Below, piece by piece: positions 50,035-61,079 of a stretch of 64,000 nucleotides of DNA. Both the position numbers and the translations under genes were made by a program. The DNA lies in NCBI GenBank assembly GCA_038087875.1, contig CM075993.1, positions 1,738,001 through 1,802,000 of the forward strand, read 5' to 3'. Position 1 is the first letter of the stretch. Every line of letters begins with the position of its first letter. A model generated the notes under the pieces. That model ran no database searches. It was not told the origin of the DNA and was given only the letters and a program-made list of their open reading frames with translations. This DNA is from Malacoraja senta. Its lineage: Eukaryota.

Positions 50035-53000
50035 ACAACAGGGAGTGTAAAGGAGAAAGAGCTAGAGTTCAGAATATAGTGTTACAGAACTATAGCTTTA
50101 CAGTTACAGAGGAAGTGCAAGAAAAAAATGCAAGTAACACAGTGAGGTAGGGTGGAAGATTGGGACGACACCCCAGCTAATAGTCTAAGGAAATGGTCGA
50201 ACTGTTGATCTACAAACTTGTACTTGCTTGGCACAAACAACCAAAAACAACACACAAGTGATGTGTGTGTGCGAGTGGGTGGGTGTGTGCGCGAGTTGGT
50301 GTGTGAGAACGCAGAGAGTAAGAGAGTGGACGAGATGTAAGAGAGTGGACGAGAGTTTGTGAGGGGGAGCGTGTGCGGGGTAGTGTGTGTGAGAGGGTGT
50401 GTGTGTGCGCGCGTGCACGCGCGTGTGAGCGTGCGCGGGGGAGTGTGAGGGTGAGTGTGGGCGAGTGTGCAAGGGCACTGATGAGTGAGAGGAGCGTACA
50501 GAGAGAGATTCGATCCTGGTGCAGGTTGAATGAGTGTGTGTTGCAGTGGGTAAAGTAAGCGAGGTTTGGGTGACAGATCACACAGCAGTATCTGCTCCTC
50601 TGCCGCAGCCCTGTCACTGTCAAAGGCAAGAATGATGTGGCGTTTGTGAAATGGATTTTAAAGATGGTTCCCATGCTGTGATTACATCTTCTGACCCAGT
50701 TATCCCCAACTATAATATACCATCACTGCCACATTCCATATCCACAATCCATGGTGCCTTTGCTTTCCCGACCTTAGTCTTAAAACAATGATGTAAACAG
50801 TCCTGCAGGGACTGTCTGAGGTAAAATATAGTCCCTGTAAAAGAGCGATTGAAAGACTATAATTCTATCTTGCAGCAGTAATAATAATGCAGGCTGGCTT
50901 TTCTTCTCAGGTTTATGGCAGTTCTAAAACCCCTTAATCAAATAACTCTTAAATTACTTATTTTAACCGTCCACAATCACAGGTTTGTGACACTTCTACG
51001 GGAGTACTCTTGAGGTAGAAGTTCGCTGGTTCAAGTCCCGCACCGGCCTTAAATCTTGACAAGGGCGGCCACGGTGACGCAGCGGTCGAGTTGCTGCCTT
51101 GCAGCGCGTGCACGCTGGAGACCCGGGTTCGATCCCAACTACGGGTGCTGTCTGAACGGAGTTTGCACGTTCTCCCCGTGACCTGCGTGGGTTTTCTCCG
51201 AGATCTTCGGTTTCCTCCCACACTTTCCTCCCACACTTCAAAGACGTACAGGTTTGTAGGTTAATAGGCTTGGTATATAAGTGTAAATTGCCCCTAGTGT
51301 GTACCGCTGAGTTACTCCAGCATTTTGTGTCTATCTTTAAGGTTTCAATTGGCGACTTCACAAGTGTCTGTCTCCACAGACGCTGCCTGGTCTGATGACT
51401 ATGTTCAACAAATTCCAAATTAATTTAGATCTCTACATTCTGTTGCCTTCTCCTTTGGCACGGTAGAACTGCGTAATTAACACTGGGAGAAGATAAACAC
51501 AGCGTTGAGAAAATACAGGCTTTGAATATTTTGTTGTGTTGTGCTCAAATTGCATTTTTAAAAAAAGCTTTGGAATTTTTTATCTGTAAGGAAGCAAGAA
51601 AAGTATATGTAGGCACTAGGAACTGCAGATGTTGGTTTATTTAAAAAAAACAGCAAAGTGCTGGAGTAACTCAGCGGGTCAGGCAGCATCTCTGGAGAAC
51701 ATGAATAGGCGACATTTTGAACTGTGGCTTTGCCCGTGAGGGCTGGTGGGGCAATGGTGCCAAATGAGTACCGGTAGATGGTCTGCATCCATATCTGAGG
51801 AAGGATGTGCTGGCCCTTGAGAGGGTCCAGAGGAGGTTTACAAGAATGATCCCAGGAATGAGTGGGTTTATGAGTGTCTGTCGGCACTGGGCCTGTACTC
51901 GCTGGAGTTTAGAAGAATGAAGGGGGGTGGTGGGGGGTGGCCTGATTGAAACTTACAGAATAGTGAAAGGCTTGGATAGAGTGGATGTGGAGAGGATGTT
52001 TCCACTAGTGGGAGAGTCTAGGACCAGAGGTCGTAGCCTCAGAATTAAAGGACGTTCTTTTAGGAAGGAGGTGAGGAGGAATTTCTTTAGTCAGAGGGTG
52101 GTGAATCTGTGGAATTCTTCGCCACAGAAGGCTGTGGAGGCCAAGTCAATGGATATTTTTGGCAGTGATAGATAGATTCTTGATTAGTACGGGTGTCAGA
52201 GGTTATGGGGAGAAGGCAGGAGAATGGGGTTAGGAGGGAGAGATAGATCAGTCATGATTGAATGGCAGAGTAGACTTGGTGTTAAAGAAGGAACTGCAGA
52301 TGCTGGAAAATCGAAGGTACACAAAAATGCTGGAGAAACTCAGCGGGTGCAGCAGCATCTATGGAGCGAAGGAAATAGGTAACGTTTCGGGCCGAAACCC
52401 TTCTTCAGACTGATAGGGGGTGGGGAGAAGAAAGGAAAAAAGGAAAAGGAGGAGGAGGAGCCCGAGGGTTGGGGGAGGGGAGGAGACAACCAGATGGCTG
52501 ATGAAGGGGAGGGGACAGCCAGGGCTAGCAGAATTGGGAGAATTCAACGTTCAGGCCACCAGGGTGTAGACTGCCCAAGCGGAATATGAGGTGCATTTCC
52601 TCCAATTTACGGTGTTGCTCGCTGTGGCCATGGAGGAGACCCAGGACAGAGAGGTCAGATACGGAATGGGAGGGGGAGTTGAAGTGCTGAGCCACCGGGA
52701 GTTCAGGTTGGTTATTGCGGACCGACCGGAGGTGTTCGGCGAAACGATCGCCAAGCCTCCGCTTGGTCTCACCGATGTAGATCAGCTGGCATCTAGAGCA
52801 GCGAATGCAATAGATGAGGTTGGAGGAGATGCAGGTGAACCTCTGTCGCACCTGGAACGACTGCTTGGGTCCTGGAATGGAGTGGAGGGGGGAAAGTGAA
52901 GGGACAAGTGTTGCATCTCTTGCGGTTGCAAGGGAAAGTACCAGGGGAGGGGGTGGTATGGGAGGGAAGGGAAGAATTGACAAGGGAGTTACGGAGGGAG

Positions 53001-53466
53001 CGGTCTTTGCGGAAGGCAGACATAGGGGGAGATGGGAAGATGTGGCGAGTGGTGGGGTCACGTTGGAGGTGGCGAAACTGACGGAGGATCACTTGTTGTA
53101 TGTGACGGCTGGTGGGGTGAAAGGTGAGGACTAGGGGGACTCTGCCTTTGTTGTGAGTGGGGGGATGGGGAGAGAGAGCAGTGTTGCGGGGTATGGCAGA
53201 GACCCTGGTGCGAGCCTCATCTATGGTGGAGGAGGGGAACCCCCGTTCCCTGAAGAATGAGGACATTTCAGATGCCCTGGTGTGGAACGCCTCATCCTGG
53301 GAGCAGATGCGGCGTAGACGGAGGAATTGGGAGTGGGGGATGGAGTCCTTACAGGAAGCAGGGTGGGAAGAAGTGTAGTCCAGATAGCCATGGGAGTCGG
53401 TAGGTTTGTAGTGGATGTCGGTAAGGAGTCTATCACCTGCGATGGAGATAGTGAGGTCAAGGAATG

Positions 53467-54404
53467 TCCTTGACCTCACTATCTCCATCGCAGGTGATAG
53501 ACTCCTTACCGACATCCACTACAAACCTACCGACTCCCATGGCTATCTGGACTACACTTCTTCCCACCCTGCTTCCTGTAAGGACTCCATCCCCCACTCC
53601 CAATTCCTCCGTCTACGCCGCATCTGCTCCCAGGATGAGGCGTTCCACACCAGGGCATCTGAAATGTCCTCATTCTTCAGGGAACGGGGGTTCCCCTCCT
53701 CCACCATAGATGAGGCTCGCACCAGGGTCTCTGCCATACCCCGCAACACTGCTCTCTCTCCCCATCCCCCCACTCACAACAAAGGCAGAGTCCCCCTAGT
53801 CCTCACCTTTCACCCCACCAGCCGTCACATACAACAAGTGATCCTCCGTCAGTTTCGCCACCTCCAACGTGACCCCACCACTCGCCACATCTTCCCATCT
53901 CCCCCTATGTCTGCCTTCCGCAAAGACCGCTCCCTCCGTAACTCCCTTGTCAATTCTTCCCTTCCCTCCCATACCACCCCCTCCCCTGGTACTTTCCCTT
54001 GCAACCGCAAGAGATGCAACACTTGTCCCTTCACTTCCCCCCTCCACTCCATTCCAGGACCCAAGCAGTCGTTCCAGGTGCGACAGAGGTTCACCTGCAT
54101 CTCCTCCAACCTCATCTATTGCATTCGCTGCTCTAGATGCCAGCTGATCTACATCGGTGAGACCAAGCGGAGGCTTGGCGATCGTTTCGCCGAACACCTC
54201 CGGTCGGTCCGCAATAACCAACCTGAACTCCCGGTGGCTCAGCACTTCAACTCCCCCTCCCATTCCGTATCTGACCTCTCTGTCCTGGGTCTCCTCCATG
54301 GCCACAGCGAGCAACACCGTAAATTGGAGGAAATGCACCTCATATTCCGCTTGGGCAGTCTACACCCTGGTGGCCTGAACGTTGAATTCTCCCAATTCTG
54401 CTAG
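53467..54404 (+). pseudogene. Truncated PLE ORF: RT C-terminus/thumb, Cys-rich linker, GIY-YIG endonuclease
   Basis: LDLTI...YKPTDSHGYLDYTSSHP...SQFLRLRRICS (RT end), CNRKRCNTC linker, NLIYCIRCSRCQLIYIGETKRRLGDRFAEH (GIY-YIG). The mirror copy on the minus arm has a 1-nt insertion near 52893. Confidence 0.9.
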
Positions 54405-54512
54405 CCCTGGCTGTCCCCTCCCCTTCATCAGCCATCTGGTTGTCTCCTCCCCTCCCCCAACCCTCGGGCTCCTCCTCCTCCTTTTCCTTTTTTCCTTTCT
54501 TCTCCCCACCCC

Positions 54513-54556
54513 CTATCAGTCTGAAGAAGGGTTTCGGCCCGAAACGTTACCTATTT
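54513..54556 (+). ncRNA. Minimal type I hammerhead ribozyme motif in the PLE terminal repeat (mirror copy about 52373-52416, minus)
   Basis: CUGAAGA-A-GGGU(UUCG)GCCC-GAAA-CGUU with palindromic AACGUU at helix III, as in PLE hammerheads; proximal helix I only 2 bp. Confidence 0.65.
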
Positions 54557-55039
54557 CCTTCGCTCCATAGATGCTGCTGCACCCGCTGAGTTTCTCCAGC
54601 ATTTTTGTGTACCGGCAGAGTAGACTTGATGGGCCGAATGGCCCAATTCTACTCCTATCACTTATGACCTTATGACCAGGCAGCATCTCTGGCGAGAAGG
54701 AATGAGTTGGGGTTTCTTCTATCTAACTTCAATCGAGGATATCTCAGTGATAGCAGCTTTCTCTTTAATTTGCAGTAACATATTTCTAATAAGCACCCAC
54801 TTGAGCATGTGATGGGATGTGTGTGATCACCCAGTGGCCTGCAGCACCGCTGGTAATCAACATTACTATTATTCATTGAAAGACAGAAATATTTGTCTGA
54901 TGAAAAGGAATCAGTGGCTCAGATGGAAAGCTGGTATCTTTAATGTTAGGTTTTAGAGTTACTGCGTGGAAACAGGCCCTTCGGCCCACTGAGTCTGCGC
55001 TGACCAGTGATCCCCACACATTAACACTATCCTACACAC

Positions 55040-55244
55040 CAGGGGCTGCCAACCTTTCTCGTCCCGTTTACCTCCGGCAACTTTAATAGCACGTAACAAT
55101 GTTATTTCACTTATTTATGAACAACCTGTGTTGAACGGATACCGGTATAGCAGAACCAAACACAGTCAGTCAAACATATGTCCAAATCCAGAATCAACAA
55201 CTTTACCCCCAGGGGGTAAATGTACTCCAGGTTGGGAACCCTTG
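55040..55244. mobile_element. hAT-type MITE inserted in a SINE
   Basis: 8-bp TSD CTACACAC (55032-55039 and 55245-55252); imperfect 16-bp TIRs CAGGGGCTGCCAACCT / AGGTTGGGAACCCTTG. Confidence 0.8.
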
Positions 55245-55439
55245 CTACACACACTAGGGACAATTTACTTATACACCAAGCCAATGGACCTCCAAACCTG
55301 TACGTCTTTGGAGTGTGGGAGGAAACCGAAGATCTCAGAGAAAACCCACGCAGGTCACGGGGAGAACGTACAAACTCCGTACAGGCAGCACCTGTAGTCT
55401 GGATCGAACCCGGGTCTCCGGTGCTGCAAGCGCTGTAAA

Positions 55440-55647
55440 TGCCCCTGTCCCACTTAGGAAACCTGAACGGAAACCTCTGGAGACTTTGCGCCCCACCCAA
55501 GGTTTCCGTGCGGTTCCCGGAGGTTTTTGTCAGTCTTCCGACCTGCTTCCACTACCTGCAGCCTCCGGCAACCACCTGCAACCTCCGGGAACCGCATGGA
55601 AACCTTGGGTGGGGCGCAAAGTCTCCAGAGGTTTCCGTTCAGGTTTC
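55440..55647. mobile_element. Harbinger-like foldback MITE lacking its right tip, inserted in a SINE head
   Basis: Starts GCCCCTGTCCCACT; 68-bp inverted arms 55458-55525 and 55580-55647. Confidence 0.75.
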
Positions 55648-56129
55648 TCCCGCTGCGCCACCGTGACTGGCCTACAGTTGTCTCTCTATGTGCTGGGATG
55701 ACCTTCAGACGAGAGAAAATATTTTGTGCTTGCACGAGGCTTGATTCACACCCTGGTGCTCCCTGTTCGACACTTTGCAATTTGTAGGCTGCTGCTGCTC
55801 CCAGTCTTGCCAGCCAACCTGCTGTAACAAATGGAAGCTATCACCGGCGCTGGCAGCTCATTACCAGAGTAACAGACACAACTGTAACAGCACCGGGATT
55901 ATCTGCACCATCTCCACACTGTTACTCACCGCTCTATGTCCAACCTCTTATCTTGCTCCAGATGAGTAACATTAATGCGTTATTGACTGAGTAGAGAGTG
56001 AAGCGGGATGCGGCGGGCTTGTTGGCAGATGGGACACTGGCCAGGGAGCATTGCAAAGATTGTCGCAAGTGCTGCAGTGGTTGGATGAGGCTATCCATTA
56101 AGTTAACACTGGCGGTGAATGTAATAACA

Positions 56130-56490
56130 CAATGGCGCAGCCGTAATGTTGCTGCCTTACAGCACGTACAGACAGCACCCGTAGTCGTGATCGAACCTGG
56201 GTCCCCAGCGCTTCCAACGCTGGGCACCCAGGTTCGATCCCGTCTACGGGCGCTGTCTGTACGGAGTTTGTACCTTCTCCCCTGTGTCCTGCCTGGGTTT
56301 TCTCCGAGATCTTCGGTTTCCTCTCACACTCCAAAGACGCACAAGTTTGTAGGTTATGTGGCTTGGTGTAAATATAAATTGTCCCTAGTGTGTGTGTAAG
56401 ATAGTGTTAATGTGCGGGGAGCGCTGGTCGGCGAAGACTCGGTGGGCCGACGGGCCTGTTTCTGCGCTGTATCTCTAAACTAAACTAAAC
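56130..56490 (+). mobile_element. HE1-like SINE with a 46-bp inverted duplication in its tRNA-derived head
   Basis: 56165-56210 is an imperfect reverse complement of 56218-56263. Confidence 0.8.
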
Positions 56491-56590
56491 TTAGAATGTG
56501 AAGGAAGGGTGGAGATGAGATGAATGATGAATGCATGAATACTTTATTTCATTCAAGTCCCGGGTTCATTCTTTGTCTGAGGTTTGTCAA

Positions 56591-56626
56591 GAGTCTGAAG
56601 AAGGGTCTCGACCCGAAACGTCACCT
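56591..56626 (+). ncRNA. Hammerhead motif of the second PLE subfamily, in a half-element at 56591-56690
   Basis: CUGAAGA-A-GGGU(CUCG)ACCC-GAAAC-GUC. Also at 19385-19412 (+); variants at 14120-14150 (-), 21488-21520 (-), 33407-33436 (-), 45721-45750 (+) and 49827-49856 (+). Confidence 0.65.
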
Positions 56627-57506
56627 ATTCCTTCTCTCCGGAGATGCTGCCCGTCCCGCTGAGTTACTCCAACTTTTTGTGTCTATCTTTGTATGCAAAC
56701 AGTCGCTACATAAAGGGCACCAACAAAATATCCCATGCTGGGTCCTTCTTTTTGAAGCCCCCCTCCCCCCTCTCTCATGGCGAATATCAATATGATATTA
56801 ATTATATGATGCAGATCACGCATTGTGTATCATCCTGGTTACATCCTGCCACTTATTACATCTCTTGCCTCAGAGCACCTGAGACACGGGTGCTGCCCTC
56901 ACCTTGGGTGCTGTCTGTGTGGAGTTTGCATGTTCTCCCTGTGACAGCAAAGGATTCTTTCGGGAGCGCCAGAATCCTCCCACATCCCAAACCATGCGGT
57001 GATGCAGACCAGTAAAATGCAATGAAGCTGCTGATTTATTCCAGATATCTGCAGGACTTTCCAGTTCGTCTAATATTCCTCATTGATGATGACGGTTCCA
57101 TAAGGCTTCACTGTATAATTAATGGGATGAATAATACAGGCTCGCATTCCATCAATAAGTTAAGATAGAGTCCCAGTTTGTGTGGGATTACTCCATACAG
57201 TATCGTGCAATCATTAGATAGCTTCCCCTCTGGGCTCCAAGTTCCTGCTTAACTGCAAAGTGCATGGGATTTGAAATAAAAACTGGGGATCAACATTAAA
57301 GATTCAGGAGTTCGGGCAGCTTCTGAGGAAGGAATATTTGCCAAGGTTTTTAGTTTCCGAAGTGTTTGGCATAAGGTGTGGAATTTAAATCTAGCAATTT
57401 AAATCGTGTAATTCTTTGGGAATGAGTCAAAAGCCATGTTTGACAACAGCCCCAACGTGTCTTGACAATTTAGTTTTGGTCAGCGTTTAGTTTATTTTGT
57501 AAAAGG

Positions 57507-58134
57507 ACAGAGTGCTGGAGTAACTTAGTAAGGCAGGCAGCATCTGTGGAGAACATGGATAGGTGACGTTTCACAGAGTGCTGGAGTAACTCAGCGGGTC
57601 AGGCAGCATCTGTGGAGCGAAGGAAATGGGCAACCTTTCGGGCCGAAACCCTGAAGGAAATAGGCAACGTTTTAGGCCGAAACCCGGAAGGGTTTCGGGC
57701 CGAAACGTTGCCTATTTCCTTCGCTCTATAGATGCTGCCGGAACATGGATAGGTGACGTTTCACAGAGTGCTGGAGTAACTCGGCGGGTCAGGCAGCATC
57801 TGTGGAGAACATGGATAGGTGACGTTTCACAGAGTGCTGGAGTAACTCAGCGGGTCAGGCAGCATCTGTGGAGAACATGGATAGGTGACGTTTCACAGAG
57901 TGCTGGAGTAACTCAGCGGGTCAGGCAGCATCTGTGGAGCGAAGGAAATGGGCAACCTTTCGGGCCGAAACCCTGAAGGAAATAGGCAACGTTTTAGGCC
58001 GAAACCCGGAAGGGTTTCGGGCCGAAACGTTGCCTATTTCCTTCGCTCTATAGATGCTGCCGGAACATGGATAGGTGACGTTTCACAGAGTGCTGGAGTA
58101 ACTCAGCGGGTCAGGCAGCATCTCTGGGGAACAT
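57507..58134. repeat. Higher-order tandem array built from PLE terminal repeats (66-bp monomer, 322-bp higher-order period)
   Basis: ACAGAGTGCTGGAG starts at 57507, 57573, 57763, 57829, 57895 and 58085; two 190-bp units contain the subfamily A mini-palindrome core. Confidence 0.88.
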
Positions 58135-58384
58135 AACCCTGCCATGGGAGGCAGTTGAGGCCAATTCACTGGATGTATTCAAAAGAAAGTTGGATATATT
58201 AGGGCTAATGTGATCAAGGGATATGGGGAGAAAGCTGGAACGGGTTACTGATTCTGGTTGATCAGCCATGATCATATTGAATGGCGGTGCTGGCTCGAAG
58301 GGCTGAATGGCCTACTCGTACACCTATTTTCTGTGCTTCTATAGACAGGTGATATTTTGGGTCGAGACCCTTCTTTGGACTGGT

Positions 58385-58707
58385 TTGGTTTAGTTTAGAG
58401 ATACAGCATGGAATCAGGCCCTTCGGCCCACCGAGTCCATGCTGACCAGCGATCACCCATTCACACTGGTTCTATGTTATCCCACTTTCTCATCCACTCC
58501 CTACACACTTGAGACAATTTACAGAGGGCCAATGAACCTACAGGCCCGCACATCTTTGGGATGTGATAGGAAACCGGAGCACCTGGAGAAAACCCACGCG
58601 GTCACAGGGAGAACGTACAAACTCCGTACAGGCAGCACTTGTAGTCGGGATCGAACTCGGGACTCTGGCGCTGTGAGGCAGCAACTCTACCGTTGCGCCA
58701 CTGTGCC
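58385..58707 (-). mobile_element. Full-length tRNA-derived V-SINE (HE1-like)
   Basis: A box (TGGCGCAACGG), B box (GAGTTCGATCC), V-domain GGTGCTCCGGTTTCCT, LINE-derived tail GGGCCGAAGGGCCTG..TGTATCTC(TAAAC)n. Confidence 0.88.
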
Positions 58708-60315
58708 GATTAACTAGTTGTGAAGTCGATTCCGAATATGCAGAAGAGTGTTTGGGAATCTTTCACTCCTTCCACTGTTGCAGGAGCAATGATAAAGGCC
58801 ATTTGGCCCATCCAACTCTACTCCTTGCCCAGATAACCCATACATGTTCCAATTTGCTTATTGGAGGAGACGTTTGGCCCATTGCGTCTATGACCGCCCT
58901 CGGAGTGGCCCATTCTCTCTCATTTATTAGTGTCTGTGCCCAAACATGCTGCCACCTGCTGGAGTACCTCAGCGGGTCAGGCAGCATCGCTGGAGAACAC
59001 AGATAGGTGACGTTCTGGGCCGGGACCCTGAAGATTGTTGACCTTTTGGTAGGGGCCCTTGAGAAATGTCCTGACCCAGTATATCACCTATCCATATTCT
59101 CCCCAGGGATGCTGACTGACCCCCTGAATTACTCCAGCACTTTGTGCCTTTTTTAATCATTGACATGTTTGTTAATCAAGTATGTGTAACCAGGAACTGC
59201 AGATGCTGGTTTAAACCGAAGATAGACACAAAATGCTGGGGTAACTCAGCGGGACAGGCAGCATCTCTCGAGAGGTGCATCCCACATGCTGCCTGACCCG
59301 CTGAGTTACTCCAGCACTTCTAAGTCACCAGCAACTGAAGGTTTTTGTATCTCGTGGTATTTGCTGTTCGGTGAAGGGAACTGTGTCTATTTATCTTTCA
59401 AGATATCAAATGCTTTCTCCTCAGCAGATGTTTTTTCCAGCTGTTGTCTTAGCGCTGATTCACTGGAGTTTACCGGCTGTCTATCTCGTACACACCTTGC
59501 CTTCCGCGGGGAATAATTCACTCCTGTCTCAAGTCGTGCGTGATGCTTACTAGTTTTACTCTCCTGTGCCGCAGTGCGTGCACCGATCGGTTTGTAGGAA
59601 GGAACTGCAGGTGCTGGTTTACACCGAAGATAGACGCAAAAAGCCAGAGTAACTCAGTTGGACAGGCAGCATCTCTGGAGAGAAGGAATGGGTGACGTTT
59701 CGGGGCGAGACCGTTCCTCAGACTGGTCAGAATGGTCTCGAACCCGAAACCCATTCCTTTTCCCCAGAGATGCTGCCTGACCCGCTGAGTTACTCCAGCT
59801 TTTTACTTCAGTTTAGAGATACAGTGCGGAAACAGGCCCTTCGGCCCACCGAGTCCGCGCCGACCAGAGATCCCCGCACATTAACGCTATCCGACACCCA
59901 CTAGCGACAATTTACACGTACACCAAGCCAATTAACCTACAAACCTGCACGTCTTTGGAGTGTGGGTGGAAACCGAAGATCTCGGAGAAAACCAACGCAG
60001 ATCATGGGGAGAACGTGCAAACTCCGTACAGACAGTATAGAATCTATAGAGTTTGTGTGTTCTCCCTGTCTCCATGTGTAAAACGTTCATGTATTCAAGA
60101 GAGAGTTAGATAGAGCTCTTGGGATGGCTAACGGAATCAAGGGATATGGGGAGAAAGCAGGAACGGGGTAGTGATTTTGGATGATCTGCCATGATCATAT
60201 TGAATGGGGGTGCTGGCTCGAAGGGCCGAATGGCCTACTCCAGCACCTATTTTCTATGTTTCTGTTTTGTGCTGCTGGCTGGCCTCACAGATGAATTCTC
60301 TTTGATTGCTTGCAG

Positions 60316-60666
60316 GAGCTCTGGACATCCAGGTTCCAGTCGACCCAGTGATTGCCCGCTACGGGGAGGATGTCACGCTGAACTGCTCGTTCACCCTGGA
60401 GGGCAACTTCTCCTTGGGGGACGTGAGCGTGATCTGGCAGTTGACCGAGACAAAGACCATGGTGCACAGCTACTCCCGGCAGTGGGACGTGCAAAGCGAG
60501 CAGGCGGAGAGCTTCGTCAACCGGACGGCCATGTTCCTGGACCAGCTGGGCAAGGGCAACGCCTCGCTGCTGTTGAGGAAGGTGAAGATTGAAGACGAAG
60601 GCAGCTTCACCTGCTTCGTCCGCGTCGAAGACCACAACAGTGCCCCCATCATGCTCCAACTAGCAG
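60316..60666 (+). CDS. CD276: CD276/B7-H3 IgV exon (351 nt, phase 1-1)
   Basis: ALDIQVPVDPVIARYGEDVTLNCSF...IWQLTETKTMVHSY...NRTAMFLDQLGKGNASLLLRKVKIEDEGSFTCFV matches B7-H3 IgV. Acceptor TTGCAG, donor G|GTACCG. Confidence 0.93.
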
Positions 60667-60779
60667 GTACCGTATACTATCCTAAACATACTTCCAAATC
60701 TGACGTGGAACATAGAACGCTACAGCACAAAGATACAGGAAAGATATTGTCAAACTTCAAAGGGTTCAGAAAAGATTTA

Positions 60780-61079
60780 AAGCCCTGTCCCACGGTTAAA
60801 GTTCATTCCAAGAGCTCTCTCGAGTTTGCCCTGATTCGAACTCGGAGATTTACGGTAATGGCTCTCGTGGACATTTTTCATCATGTTGTAAAATCTTCAC
60901 GAGTCTTCCCGTGCATACCTGCCGTTAGCGAGTCTTCCCGAGTACCTGCCGTTAGCGCTAAGAGACGTCCCCGAGCTCCGACGTACCCGCTACGTTCATT
61001 CTCCGTGCTTACCACGAGTTTTATTTTTTTAAAACTCAGGAGAACTCTTGGAATGAACTCGTACCGTGGGACAGGGCTT
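60780..61079. mobile_element. PIF/Harbinger-type MITE
   Basis: TIRs AAGCCCTGTCCCACGGT / ACCGTGGGACAGGGCTT plus subterminal inverted repeats; TTA TSD (60777-60779 and 61080-61082); interrupts a LINE fragment. Confidence 0.88.

Larger units (their letters stand above)
52279..54613. mobile_element. Penelope-like element (Neptune-like), 5'-truncated, inverted-repeat configuration
   Basis: Arms 52316-53463 and 53467-54613 are reverse complements with a 3-nt spacer; unpaired 37-bp tail 52279-52315; 15-bp TSD GGCAGAGTAGACTTG (52264-52278 and 54614-54628) inside a CR1 3' UTR. Confidence 0.93.
54955..55665 (-). mobile_element. HE1-like SINE interrupted by two different MITEs
   Basis: SINE pieces 54955-55039, 55245-55437 and 55648-55665 are collinear. 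Confidence 0.8.

Noticed and set aside
53415..53515. MSVRSLSPAMEIVRS N-terminus of the PLE ORFs
   Set aside because: Artefact of reading across the palindrome centre; the RT catalytic core is absent.
57507..58134. CRISPR-like repeat array
   Set aside because: No unique spacers, no cas genes, vertebrate context; the units derive from PLE termini.
59428..59553. Alternative CD276 signal exon (MFFPAVVLALIHWSLPAV...)
   Set aside because: Hydrophobic and preceded by an acceptor-like site, but has no convincing phase-1 donor; 48759-48819 fits much better.
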